Origin: Octopus bimaculoides
Taxonomy: Eukaryota
NCBI RefSeq assembly: GCF_001194135.2
Contig: NC_068990.1
Location: forward strand, 82,307,673 to 82,371,672
Reading direction: 5' to 3'
Length of the DNA stretch: 64,000 nucleotides
The notes beneath the pieces were generated by a model that did not search any database, was not told the DNA's origin, and worked only from the letters and a program-made list of their open reading frames with translations. The position numbers and the translations under genes were made by a program. Shown here piece after piece: positions 38,702 to 52,478 of the stretch; the first letter of the stretch is position 1; each line of letters begins with the position of its first letter.

Positions 38702-39700
38702 GTAATCACTCTATTAACAGATATATATGTACATTTTCTCCTGACATATGGACTCTTAGACGTCTTACACACACACACACACAAACGGACATGTATATAT
38801 AACAACAAAAAACAGTTAGTTACAGATGTAGAGGAAGGTAGGTCAGCTTAATTCTAAAGGAAAAACGTTCAATAAACATTTTAACGGCACTCAACCTGTA
38901 TGCATGTATAGATACAGTTTAGACGATCGGTTACTCAGTTCGTCTTGCAAACCCAGGGTCTCAGCTTCGATCATAAAATGTAACAGCAAAAGAATGAGAC
39001 CTCGATATTAGAGAAATAGAGGATTATTTACATATGTTATAATTTAGAACAAACATTAAAATGTTGTCATTATAGTTCTCGGAGTTTCGAATGTCGGACC
39101 GAAGAGCTATCAATGGCAACATGCGCTCTGAAAAACTGTTAAATACAAGGGAAGTAACTCTAATAGGTAGAAAAAGAAAAAAAAAAGAAAAAAAGATAAG
39201 AATACACGCGAACATATTCTCACAATACACAGACATAAACCTCCTGCTTTCACAACATCTACATAGTACAAACTCACACAAACATGTATAAGTACATGTA
39301 CACATATATATATATGTATATAATGTGTATATATTATATACATATATATGTATACAATATTTATNNNNNNNNNNNNNNNNNNNNNNNNNNNNNNNNNNNN
39401 NNNNNNNNNNNNNNNNNNNNNNNNNNNNNNNNNNNNNNNNNNNNNNNNNNNNNNNNNNNNNNNNNNNNNNNNNNNNNNNNNNNNNNNNNNNNNNNNNNNN
39501 NNNNNNNNNNNNNNNNNNNNNNNNNNNNNNNNNNNNNNNNNNNNNNNNNNNNNNNNNNNNNNNNNNNNNNNNNNNNNNNNNNNNNNNNNNNNNNNNNNNN
39601 NNNNNNNNNNNNNNNNNNNNNNNNNNNNNNNNNNNNNNNNNNNNNNNNNNNNNNNNNNNNNNNNNNNNNNNNNNNNNNNNNNNNNNNNNNNNNNNNNNNN

Positions 39701-39768
<68 letters not shown>

Positions 39769-39935
39769 GAGGGAGAGAGAGAGGGGGAAAGAGAGAGAGA
39801 TATGTGTGTGTGTATACATACATAAGTGTGTCTGTTTGAGTGTGTGTGAATGTATATGTGTGCATATTGTAACGTGCACTAATGAAATTATCTCACGTAG
39901 CAATTGGAAAGTGTATGTGTGTGAGAGTGAGACTT

Positions 39936-39985
<50 letters not shown>

Positions 39986-40204
39986 CAGACAGAAGCAGAA
40001 ATTGATGAGTAATATACAGATGTATTCCACTATGTGTCAGATATATATGAAATAGCTATCATCTCTCAGACCGTTCAAAAGAACACTATGCAATTGTGGC
40101 AGAGTCAATCGATATTTTCTCAAATCGATATATACCGTACACTGTCCGCACTGAGTTCATCTCAGATTTTCATTTTGTCCGAAGCGTTACCGATTCTCAC
40201 ATCA

Positions 40205-40460
<256 letters not shown>

Positions 40461-40464
40461 TAGA

Positions 40465-40973
40465 AGTGCTATCATGTACATTGTTTTGTCTTGGTATAAA
40501 AAGATGGGCTACAGTAAATATTTTGCTCAGTACCACAAATTTGCTTGTCAGATGCTTGATCTTAACCAGTTGAGCATGTCCCTTAGTGGCTGACAATATG
40601 TGCATCTCTGATCACGAGCAGAAGTAGTGGGGGAGCATCATAGCCATGTGTTGAGAAGAACTCTTTCGAGTTTGGATAATTCACCTTTGGAAACATGGAT
40701 ATTTCGTTCAACATCCTCAAATAACCTTTATTCAAGGACCTTTTGAGCAGGATGGGCTACTCGACCTGAAGGAAATTCTAACTAGGCCCTACATGCAAGG
40801 TCATGCGCTGCTTATCTTGATATGAGACCACTATGTCGCGCACATATGGTTGTGATGCATGTGCCTGTTGTACCCTTATCAGACGGGTAGTCATCATGGA
40901 TATACTGGACTTCGTATATTTTACCCCAGTGTCACTTTGATGGTATACACTGCTCTCTCACTCAATAATAATA

Positions 40974-40975
<2 letters not shown>
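40465..40975 (+). mobile_element. About 500-bp unique segment bracketed by (TAA)n/(GAT)n tracts; probable non-LTR retroposon 3' fragment
   Basis: Higher GC than its flanks, no intact ORF, ends ctctctcactc followed by (aat)n. Identity is inference. Confidence 0.4.
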
Positions 40976-41013
<38 letters not shown>

Positions 41014-41036
41014 CATTTCTCCTTTATCCTAAAAAC

Positions 41037-41189
41037 ATGAAAGAAAGAGGACTGGTCGATACATATTGAAACCTGAGAAATGAGATCGATTAGATGTGGC
41101 AGCTACGAGAGTCAAACATAAAGGTTATCCCTATTGTCATCGGAACATTGGGTTTAATACCACCAAAGCTGAAAAAACATCTGAACTCC
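41037..41189 (+). mobile_element. R4/Dong-like non-LTR retrotransposon fragment (restriction-like endonuclease region)
   Basis: In-frame MKERGLVDTY*NLRNEID*MWQLRESNIKVIPIVIGTLGLIPPKLKKHLNS matches the RLE motif E(K)...KY.DL..EI..MW...V.VIPIVIG(A/T)LG. Flanked by (GAT)n/(ATG)n tracts. Confidence 0.78.
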
Positions 41190-41411
41190 ATGATGATGAT
41201 GATGACGATGATGATAATGATACGTTCTACAAAAGGCACAAGTCCTGAAATTTATGCTTATGCCTTTGCATGTAGGCTGGGTGTAAACGGAGGCAGGGTA
41301 AGAGAGAGTAGGGTTAGGATGTTATTCCTTGACTGTCAATATTCTCTGCGACTTTAGTTGCTACTTCGGGAGGAGGTAATGTTGATATCGATGTTACTGC
41401 TGCTGCTGCGT

Positions 41412-41791
41412 GGAGGCGCAATGGCCCAGTGGTTAGGGCAGCGGACTCGTGGTCATAGGATCGCGATTTCGATTCGCAGACCGGGCGTTGTGAGTGTTTA
41501 TTGAGCGAAAACACCTAAAGCTCCATGAGGCTCCGGCAGGGGGTGGTGGCGAACCCTACTGTACTCCTTCACCACAACTTTCTCTCACTCTTACTTCCCT
41601 GTTTCTGTTGTGCCTGTATTTCAAAGGGTCAGCCTTGTCACACAGTGTCACGCTGAATATCCCCGTGAACTACGTTAAGGGTACACGTGTCTGTGGAGTG
41701 CTCAGCCACTTGCACGTTAATTTCACGAGCAGGCTGTTCCATTGATCGGATCAACTGGAACCCTCGTCGTCGTAAGCGACGGAGTGCCAAC
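41412..41791 (+). mobile_element. tRNA-derived SINE, family C
   Basis: Head ggcgcaatggcccagtggttagggcagcgg (A box) ... gatttcgattcgc (B box), followed by about 300 bp of non-tRNA body; no tRNA 3' acceptor stem. One copy only in this window. Confidence 0.75.
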
Positions 41792-42431
41792 AGTTGTTGC
41801 TGCGATCATGAGTGTTGGGTCAAAACTGCCGTTCCTGATGCTACTGATGGTGCTGGTCCGAATTTTATTACATTTCCTCTCGCTTTTCCTTGCTGCTATA
41901 GATGATATTATTTCTGCTCTTCTACATCGTAGTAGTGATGGTGTCTGTTAAAGTGAAGCCCTTCTTCCCCTATTTTTGTTTTGACTGTGGGCCCAAGGAG
42001 TTTGGAAATGGCTCGGTCGTTTACTCTTTACGATTAAACACAGTTCTGACCCACATAGCAGGAAGATAAGATCTTAGATCTTCTCCAGCTGGCCGAGCTT
42101 TACAAGTTGAAGTATCTCCAGTGTTGTCCCAATACAGTTCTTCCGCTTTGTTCCCTTAACACCCAGGTGAGTATCACCACCCTCGATGACTACACAAGCT
42201 GTAATACACTCCCGGTATGGTTATTCTTACTGACCTCTTTGTTAAATTTGAAGGAGGAGAACAAATTATCACTGTGGTTGGCGGCCACGGAGCGTGAGGT
42301 TGCCTAGACTTACTTCAATCTTAAATATGAAGCCCTACCACTGTTACTTTGGCTTGCCGTAATCATAGTTCTCAACTCGCCCGCGCGTGCATTGCTGTGG
42401 TTTACACTGCTTCCGTCAATGCTGCTGCTGC

Positions 42432-42462
<31 letters not shown>

Positions 42463-42885
42463 GGGGATCGTTTCCTAGTGAAGGCAGTAGCGGTGATACC
42501 TTCTCATTGAAGTAATTCGCGTGCGTTAATGCCCCCATAAATCTGAACATCCCCCCACAAAAAAAAAATGAAGGCAAAATGAAATTACAGCAACTGTGCC
42601 CTTTAGGGCACAATTTGGCAGTCTCCCATTCATGCTGTGGTTGTTAATCAACTATTGAACGAAATATATTCACCAATAATTAATTTTTTTCCTACAATAA
42701 AAGATCATTCATTCTGAGCGATGTCAATGCGAGTTAGCAATGCTATAATAATAAAGATAATAATAATAATAATAATAATAATAGTAATAATAATGAAAAG
42801 AAAGAAAAGAAATATAAGATGAAGAAGTAAAAGAAGAAGAAGAACAAGAGCAAGAAGAACAACAACAACAAGAATGATGATAATA

Positions 42886-43090
42886 GATTCAAATTTTGCC
42901 ACAAAGGCAGCAATTTTTGGGGAAGAGATGAGTCGATTACTTCGACCCCAGCGTTTAACTGGTACCTATTTTATCGACACCGGAAAGATGAAAGCCAAAG
43001 TCGACCTCAGTGGAATTTGAACTCAGAACGTAAATACAGACGAAACGCCGCCGAGCATTTCGCCCGGCCTTCTAACAATTCTGCCAGCTT
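42886..43090 (-). mobile_element. SINE family A copy
   Basis: ttatcgacaccggaaagatgaaagccaaagtcgacctcagtggaatttgaactcagaacgt core, and the head ends ctgccagct. Confidence 0.88.
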
Positions 43091-43135
43091 CTCAACACCT
43101 TGATAATAATAATAATGATAATGATAATAATAATA

Positions 43136-43189
<54 letters not shown>

Positions 43190-43194
<5 letters not shown>

Positions 43195-43433
43195 TTCAGA
43201 CAAATACATAACAAAAACACCAGGACTTACAAATATATATAACATACAGAAAGTTGCACTACTGAGTACTGCACACATTCTACGCAAAACACTTTCAATA
43301 CTGTAAACATAAGAGCACCACAGCAAACCACAGCACATACCCAATGCGCACAGAGCTGCGCTCGGTAGTAAAGTGAAAGCACGTTATAAAAAATAAAACT
43401 ACTGAACAATAATAATAATAATAATAATAATAA
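43190..43433 (+). mobile_element. 3' end of an R4/Dong-like non-LTR element with (TAA)n tail, embedded in a (TAA)n tract
   Basis: NSDKYITKTPGLTNIYNIQKVALLSTAHILRKTLSIL* is the typical R4-clade C-terminus (IQK.ALL.TAHILRK.L). About 100 nt of 3' UTR ends aataaaactactgaac followed by (aat)n; (TAA)n also lies upstream (43102-43189). Confidence 0.82.
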
Positions 43434-44868
43434 TCGACAAGCCAGAAATCACTCGGTAAACCTCAAGTTCTCTAATGACAGCAGTTTATGTCACACGTAT
43501 CGTTAACTCAACTGGGCGCATTCATCTACCGCATATTGCAAACAAACAGACAAGTATCTATATGAAAGTTTTCTACTCTAAAACGCATCAAAAGTCTGAA
43601 GCAATAACAGTAATCCTGATTCCTTATATTGGAAATACATAGATCGAAATAATGTTCGCCTTATCAACTCACCAATCCAGGAAAATTGAAGATCAGTCAA
43701 ACTTATTTGACTAATAAATATAATGAAGTCGGGGAACTGATATAAGCGTTCGAGCGTAGAAAAGAATAATTTGCGATTTATGCCCGCTTCGCTGTAAGTT
43801 CAAATTTGCATCAGATCATTTCGATAAATAAAATACCTGTGTAACCCTTTAATTGATTCCTTCACTCCTTTTTACTCTGAAAGATATCGGTTTGTGTCAG
43901 AACTCTGGCTAAAATTCCTGAGATATGCTACTGATCTAAATGGTGCACCTTCGGCTATTAGGTGTTCAGGTCCCAGGGAAATGCCACAACACGTTTTATC
44001 TGCTCCTCTAACGATACTACCACCACAACCACCAACTGCATTTAATAACAATAATATGGTACCATGGTAGAAAGACATATTTTAGGGTAGTCTAAAGAGA
44101 CTTAAATCTAACCAGTAATTGGCAGGTACTTAACTGTGTCAACACCGCAAAATTGACGGCGAAATCAATCTGGGTGCGATATGAAATCAGTCAGCAAAGT
44201 AGTACAGCCAAATATTACAAGACAATTTCTCCTTCACTCTACTGATTCCGACATTTACTGTACTCAACAACAATGCTACTTTAATATTTACGACTTCTGT
44301 CGATGAGTAGCAATGTAGTTGCATAGAAACAGGTATATTTATAGACTAAACAATATCTATTGTGATATAATGTGAAACACTTCAGAAATAGTTCGATATG
44401 TGTAAATTTATCAACTGATTCAAAACATTCTCATTAGCATTTACAATGAAGCCTTCTTTCAGAGAGAACGTCTTTTAGTGCTGCTATCTCTTTGATTTAG
44501 CATCCTTCTACCTGTTGCTTCTCCCACTTCTACCCAATCTTCATATATAAATGATATAAATGTGCACACACAAACGCACGCGCGCATTCACTCACACATA
44601 TATATGTATGTGTGCGTGCATATATGTATATATATATATATATATATATNNNNNNNNNNNNNNNNNNNNNNNNNNNNNNNNNNNNNNNNNNNNNNNNNNN
44701 NNNNNNNNNNNNNNNNNNNNNNNNNNNNNNNNNNNNNNNNNNNNNNNNNNNNNNNNNNNNNNNNNNNNNNNNNNNNNNNNNNNNNNNNNNNNNNNNNNNN
44801 NTACATACATACACACATATTTATGTACATATATATGCATATATATCTATATATATGTGCATACATAC

Positions 44869-44938
<70 letters not shown>

Positions 44939-46511
44939 GTGTATATATGTATATGTGCATACCTCAATGCATAATGCATGCATGTATTCATATGCAGATA
45001 TATGTATACATAAATGCATATACATAAGTATACGACTCATATATTCATTAATACATACACATGCACAAAATCACACGCATATATTATATGTGTATAGGAA
45101 TGTGTATAAGTACGTATGTATATGCATAAATACATACCTAAATTAATATATACATGAATGTATATGAATATATATTTCTATACACACACACACGTGTGTG
45201 TATATATGTATGAATGTATACCCGTATATATGCATATATATATATATATATATATCATACTTTATATATATATATATATATCATACTTTATATATATGCA
45301 TATATTCTGTGCTACATTTTTCTGAATATTTCACCAATGCTGAAAAAGCCGGTTCCTGTCCAAGAAGCGCGATATCACCAGAACGAGTAGGTTTTTTTAA
45401 AAACATATGTCTTTATAAAGTTGTTTTTCTTAATTTCTTGCGAATGGAGAGAGAACCGGTTTCTAATTTACGTGAAAGTCTTCATTATTGTAATTTAAAC
45501 AACGTTGACAAGGTTGCTGTGCACGTATGGATGCATATGTCCAAGTACTTATAGTCATGCATACACATACATATTGTCGCATGTTTTGACATGTGCAAAT
45601 GTACTTACATGCTAAACTTTTGTGAAGTTTTACATATTTTTGACAATTCCATTGTTATCTTGTATCTGTAGTGTTCTAATATTTGTCCATTCTGGTTTTG
45701 AGAATAATAATTTCTCAAGATTGGCGCTGTGGCAGTTCGTTATACGTTTTAGAACCCCAATAATCATGGATATAAATTTGAACATTTTATCTGTCTGTAG
45801 TAGCTGTAAACTTCTCAATAGTTAAGCGAGGGTGTATTCTTTTTCGCTTACCACTAGTTTTATGTTGACATCGATAGGCAAATGATTTTCAAAAGTACAT
45901 GTGTGCATGCATATATGTATGTACATGCGCTCAGACGTGGAAGTTTTTACATACAACAATCTAATTACACACCAAACTACTTCAATGTTTGGATATATAT
46001 TGACAGAGCCGTTGATAGCTTGGCTTTGCGAAACTAAGGATAGCTATTGAGTCACGTGACGAAGTGATTCAATAATTATTGGCAGAAATATAAAACTAGT
46101 CTGGCTCGTGAACTTAACTTCGGCGTAGATGTTTTCATTTCACTAATATTTATAATCACGTTGACATCTCTCAGACAACTGATTTCAACATCTGCGCATA
46201 GCATACTCTCTTTTCTATGTTCCAGATCATTATGGCTGGTCTCATAATTGCATTTTATTGAAGTCTTTACTAGGACATTCCGACAATATTCTTTTATTTT
46301 AGACGTGCTTATACTCTCGACAGCACTGTTGCTTCTTACAAGTTGTCTCTTCGGGATTATCTTTTTTTACAGATTTCGTTATATAATGTTTTACCCACGA
46401 CATCATGTCCCATTGGGAGGTAATAAAGCGATATTTTCACACAAGTACTTATGATGTGTATCACCTATGTATATGTATACATACGTGTACTTTAGACATA
46501 CTGTATGCGTG

Positions 46512-46559
<48 letters not shown>

Positions 46560-46594
46560 CGTGTGTCTGTGTGTATGCGTGTGTATATGTATAC

Positions 46595-46652
<58 letters not shown>

Positions 46653-47219
46653 GAATGTGTATGAATACATATACATACATACATATATATAATCAAGGCA
46701 TATATATATATTCTTTGTGCTCGTTGTTAAGGTGGCAATTGATGTATTTCTATTTTACATAGATTAATATGCTCCTGCTTTGGCTACCAGCTCTTACGTT
46801 AGCTAGTATTGGTCTTTGCTAAAACCGAGTATTGGCTTTTGAAGAAAAATAAAAGACGAAAGGTTGACAGGAAGAAAGAAGAGAAATAATTGAACAGAGA
46901 TATATAATTATATTAGATTGAAATGTCTTTAGAATGATCAGTTCGAGAAATACCGTAATTATATTATATGTCTTAATCATGTTATCTTACTTTCACATTA
47001 AATCAAAGCTACTGTATGAATCCCCACGCGCACAAACACACGTTTGCTTATATAGAAATGAACAGCATTATACCTAACCGCTTACTGTATTACGTTGTGT
47101 ATCATTATATAACTTGGAAAACAATGGTTCCATTATATGTTAATTCATATCTATACCCTCAGTATACAAATTACACAATCATATATAGATACACACACCC
47201 ATACCTACACGCACGCAGG

Positions 47220-47255
<36 letters not shown>

Positions 47256-47596
47256 AGGATACATATACCTATTATGTTGCAATCGGGTACATGTAATAAA
47301 GCAGTGTATATGTATACTGTTTCACTGAAGGTCAACTCAATTAAGTAGATCTATTATTAAAGGCGTTTAATCCGCGACCGATCCGTCTTTTCAAACTTTA
47401 CTCTATGCAAACAAACATGATCCTGAGTGTTCATGTATTCTTATCGGTTAAAAGCAGTAGGGTATTATTTGATTGAAGTCTAGCCACTTTTGTTACTATG
47501 CTTATTGTTGTACCCACTGATAGAGTAAATCTATATTAGAAAATGCTCCATTTTTGACACTCACACCATTTTACCAGATTGTATATATTTAGTACC

Positions 47597-48177
47597 ATAT
47601 TAGGATCTATTTTAAAACGGGGGCCACATTTTTCATTAATGTTTTACGTAGTGTTTTTGGTACGGAAAAACTTTCAAACTTCGTATACTTATCTATTTTG
47701 TGTTATAGAACAGAAAAATATTTTTGTATTCGAATTTATTTCATGTAAAAAATTGTCTTATTTCGATAATTTCAACCAATCACTGACAAGTATTCAGTTG
47801 TTTATATTTACTCCTTTGACTGATTAAGCGATGTAAAGCGTATTTAATCTCCATACCTTCGTTTTATTTGCTTTTTTCATTTTAAATTTGCTTTAACCCT
47901 AACCCTAACCCTAGGGTTAGGGTTAGGGTTAATTGTTTCAGAATCGTTTGTTTATGTAGTCGGCACTTAATGTATATCGGCTGAATGGACGTCAGTGATT
48001 GGTTGAAATTACAGAAATACGACAACTTTCACATGGAATAACTTAGGGATTTCTTTTTTTTTTAAAGAAGACTAAGAGAAAAAGATGTTTTATATGACAC
48101 ATTCTACCAGTGTTCCAAGTTTCAAAGTGTTTCGTTAATGAAAAATGTGACCCCCGTTTTAAAAAAGATCCCCATAT
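47597..48177. mobile_element. MITE-like element (about 580 bp) with 43-bp terminal inverted repeats and an internal telomeric palindrome
   Basis: Left atattaggatctattttaaaacgggggccacatttttcattaa (47597-47639) matches the reverse complement of 48135-48177 (atatggggatcttttttaaaacgggggtcacatttttcattaa) with 4 mismatches. No ORF. Superfamily not assigned. Confidence 0.8.
47893..47932. repeat. Perfect 40-bp palindrome of telomere-type repeats, (TAACCC)3 head-to-head with (GGGTTA)3
   Basis: ttaaccctaaccctaaccct|agggttagggttagggttaa read directly from the sequence. Confidence 0.97.
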
Positions 48178-49200
48178 TATCAATTAATATCATTCCTGCT
48201 TTGAGGCGTTAGAGTGCGATTTAAATAAAATTTTGGCTATTATTTCTAGCTTATTGGAGCAATCATATACATGTTCATTCGTTGGTTCTTGCAACTTCTG
48301 TTGTTAGCGATAACGTTACTACTGCAGCAGCTGTTGTTATTACCGAATTCCCTGACTTGTCAATCAGCTCAGCTCTGACCAGACACAAAATACTATTCTT
48401 TCTAACATTGGTACCGGCCTGAAAGTTTTGGAAGGCTTTAGTTCGTCGATTAAATCGTTTCACCACTTGACTGCTGCTTTATTTTATTGTCTCTAGAAAC
48501 GTGAAAATTCTTACTCAACTTACGTGCGATGTCAAAATAGAACTTCACAAGACAAAGCCTTTTTTCTCTATGCTCCATAGATTCTATCGACCCATCAATC
48601 TGAAATACGGTATACGGCTAACATAGTCTTTTGAAAAGTTGTTCTTTCTAACTTCTAGAAACAATTCCATCTTTGTTCTGAGGTATGCTGTCGCATGAGT
48701 CCTATATTTAATATCTTCCTTCTTTTAAATTAAGTATTAACTTTGCTTGTATCGGAGATTGTCTTATAAATTAGACTAATTCAAGGAGCTAATTTTCGCC
48801 AAGTACTTGCTAGCTATAGGTAATCATAAAGATTTACAGTTGTTAGATTGACCATGTTTTTATATGCAATGTCTGTTGGTTAAAGATGCAGAGAATTTCT
48901 CCTGTAAAGACTTTTGATATTGTTCCGATTGAGTTTTAATTTAACTGCAATAGAATTCCAACTAGTTGCACTGCATCACTTGTGTACAAGCAGCGTATCA
49001 CTCAGACTTCTTGTCTCACAGATATCTATAGCAACTGGAATTTCCATCTAATAGGTTGTATTCAAAACGATTCGCTTCGGGTCGTTTTCCTTTGAAGTGG
49101 GTTCTTGACTACATGTGTGTGTGTCTCTGTGTGTGCGTGTGTATATTTGTCCGTGCGTGTCTGTGTATGAGTGTACGAGTAGGTGTGCTCTTGTATGTAT

Positions 49201-49234
<34 letters not shown>

Positions 49235-49630
49235 NNNNNNNNNNNNNNNNNNNNNNNNNNNNNNNNNNNNNNNNNNNNNNNNNNNNNNNNNNNNNNNNNN
49301 NNNNNNNNNNNNNNNNNNNNNNNNNNNNNNNNNNNNNNNNNNNNNNNNNNNNNNNNNNNNNNNNNNNNNNNNNNNNNNNNNNNNNNNNNNNNNNNNNNNN
49401 NNNNNNNNNNNNNNNNNNNNNNNNNNNNNNNNNNNNNNNNNNNNNNNNNNNNNNNNNNNNNNNNNNNNNNNNNNNNNNNNNNNNNNNNNNNNNNNNNNNN
49501 NNNNNNNNNNNNNNNNNNNNNNNNNNNNNNNNCCTCTCTCTCTCTCTCCTCTTTCTCTCTCACTCTTTCTAACACATCTATACGACTGTGCAGTAGAAAT
49601 ATGTATCAGTGAGTGTATACGTCTCTCTCT

Positions 49631-49670
<40 letters not shown>

Positions 49671-50293
49671 CTGTTCATATAAATACATACGTATACTATA
49701 TAGGTATGCGTATGTGTGTGACGTGATTTTGTGTCTTAAATGAATACATAAAACCTTTTCATACTAACTATATTTAACTGAAAACAAAAGCATTTCCCCC
49801 GCGGTCACTATTCCCCGCTAACCTTTGATTCTTTGATCAGTAAGTTTATTTCCTTTTGGATAGAGAACCAATTGAATTCATTCCTGAATGGATTCTCTCT
49901 CTTACGTTATCCTCCAAAGAAAACGAAGAATTATTGCTCTATTCCCTCCCTTTTTACTTGTCATTTTCCCCACCTTTCCAAAATATTTCATCAGTACACC
50001 ATTTTCACCACATATATTGCTTGAAACTCAAATTGCAAAAACCAAAAGAAACTAACATTAGATAGTGTCTTTTTGTTAATTTTGTAATTGAGACCCATTC
50101 TTAGTCTGCATCTCTTTCCCCACTCACCTTCTAGTTTTTATATTTTTATTTCGGTTTTTCATTCAATTTCACATTCTTCAGAAGCATATGTAGGTGTAAC
50201 AGAATATTCAATCATCGTTGTTCTATATCAGGAATAGTCGAGTTGTTTGATAAGAAGTTTTACATATGATATTTGTTTTATGCTCAAGAACCG

Positions 50294-50375
<82 letters not shown>

Positions 50376-50529
50376 TATACACTCAGTCAAAACACACACA
50401 CATGTATATATACATAGACATATATGTGTGTGCGCGGTCACGTGTGTATGTGTATGCATGTAAATACACACACACACACATATAAACATTTAATATATAT
50501 ATACATACATAAATACACACACATACACA

Positions 50530-51000
50530 CACATATATATGTATGTATATTTGAAAAACGAATATATGGTGGGTGATTACACATGGTTGAATATATACGG
50601 AAAGAAAAAACTCAGAAGATTTGTTTTACAGGATTAAGGAATATATTAGAATCATAATAGCAAAAGTATTATAGAATATTGTACGAAATGAGATTTATTC
50701 CTTCAAACATAATAACCGGTTTCGCTATTGCCTTTAAAATTTTGAGTCTTGGATGAAATTCTGAATTAGTCGTTTTGTTTGCTAGCGGGTGATAATTAGT
50801 AACAAAGGTATTTTTCAATAAAAGGGAGGTAAATCTGTAATTTTTGATATTGGTCTAAATTTGACTCTTTCAATAGGTGGGATGAATCTTCTATTTTCTA
50901 TTGGGTTTATATTTAATTCCAGCTTATATTTTTCGATGAATGAGGCCTCTTTATTGAGTCGTACTCGTGTTGAGGTTCAAATGTAATCAAATGCTCGGTC
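50530..51000 (-). mobile_element. Probable Penelope-like element (PLE) 3' remnant
   Basis: Minus-strand RLNKEASFIEKYKLELN (50961-50911) resembles the C-terminal R..E...I....P.LN motif of PLE GIY-YIG endonucleases. About 170 nt downstream lies a decayed type I hammerhead-like motif (50744-50708), where a PLE pseudo-LTR ribozyme is expected. Confidence 0.5.
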
Positions 51001-51271
51001 TGCCATAAAAACTATATAGGATCAAGAAGAATGTAATCAGACGAAGATGTACGGTCCACAGTCAACAGGTATCTTGCCCCACAATATCGCCAGATATATC
51101 TCAATGAACACATTGACATATATGCAGGACAACTGCAACTGCAATTCCTAATCTTCCCATTATATTAGTTTGCTATTTGAAAGGTAAAGTCGACCTCGGT
51201 GAAATTTGAACTCAGAACGTTGAAACGGATGAAATACCGTTAAGTATTCTGTCTGTCAGATCACAGCCTTC

Positions 51272-51336
<65 letters not shown>

Positions 51337-51422
51337 NNNNNNNNNNNNNNNNNNNNNNNNNNNNNNNNNNNNNNNNNNNNNNNNNNNNNNNNNNNNNNNN
51401 NNNNNNNNNNNNNNNNNNNNNN

Positions 51423-51462
<40 letters not shown>

Positions 51463-52184
51463 TATATTCGAAATATAAAGGATAATATACCAGTATAAAG
51501 TTTTATTCATTTTAAGGGATTAATCTTTTTATGGTTTTTATCCATCATCCATTTTGCGGTTAACTCTTTAAAATTCAGATTATTAGTTGTTAATGATATC
51601 GTGGGAGAAATAACATTGGCAAACAATATCTTCAGATTTGCATATAGTATCTGTAAGCGTTGTATGCGGCTCACGAGTCACAGCTTGGTTGCCATTTGTT
51701 CTTTACACTTTTAGTGCTTGAATCAAACGCTGAATTAAAGAGACAGTTGTGATAAATTGAATTATTTCTGAGTTCCAAGTAATATTGCAGAGAGAACACA
51801 AATATTTGAACCCGACTTACTGGCCAATTTTTTGTGTCTTTACTATGATTTTGCATCCACGATCACATTTAGTTGAACATACATAGATATGAGGTTGCTA
51901 TTACAAAAACTCAATTAACATTTAAAACGGCGCTAGGAGAAAATCAATAAACTTGAGGGGCTGTCATAAGTGACGTCAGTGAAGTGAAATTGATAGATAG
52001 AGAGAGGGAGACAGAGAGAGAAAGAGAAAGAAAGAGTGAGTGAACACGGTGATTCGGTTTTCCCAGTGCACATCTCTTCTATTTGAACGTGCAACTTAAT
52101 ATACCTAATTTTGGGATATGTCACGTGTTGGACATTAGTAGATTAGCATGTTCTTCTAGCACTGAAGAATTATCAGTACAGTTA

Positions 52185-52391
52185 CAATAATCCTTTCTAC
52201 CGTAGGTATCAGGCCTGGAATGTTGAGAGAGGAGGGAAATCGACCCAGTACTCACCTGGTACTTATTTCATTGACTCGAAACGCTGAAAGATAAAGTCGA
52301 TCTCGGTGGAAATTGAACTCAGAACATAAAGACCGACGAAATGTCACTAAGCATTTTATGCGGCGTATTAACGACTCTGCCAGCTCACTGC
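52185..52391 (-). mobile_element. Older SINE family A copy
   Basis: gaaagataaagtcgatctcggtggaaattgaactcagaac core and ctgccagctc head. Confidence 0.8.
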
Positions 52392-52478
52392 TTCAGTAAA
52401 GTTACAAAAATGGTAGGGAAAAAGTATAGTATTTTATTTCAGAATAAATGTTAAGTCTTCAGTAGTACAATCAATACC

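Noticed and set aside
41412-41490. tRNA-like sequence as a true tRNA gene (also heads at 55082 and 56996)
   Set aside because: A and B boxes are present but there is no complete cloverleaf; each continues into a SINE body.
42090-42167. 78-nt AG...GTGAGT segment as the next ankyrin exon
   Set aside because: Phase 1, required by the upstream donor, contains a stop; the only open phase gives a non-ankyrin peptide.
45454-45490. Minus-strand ATGAAGA...GAAACCGGTT hammerhead-like string
   Set aside because: Neither helix I nor helix II can form.
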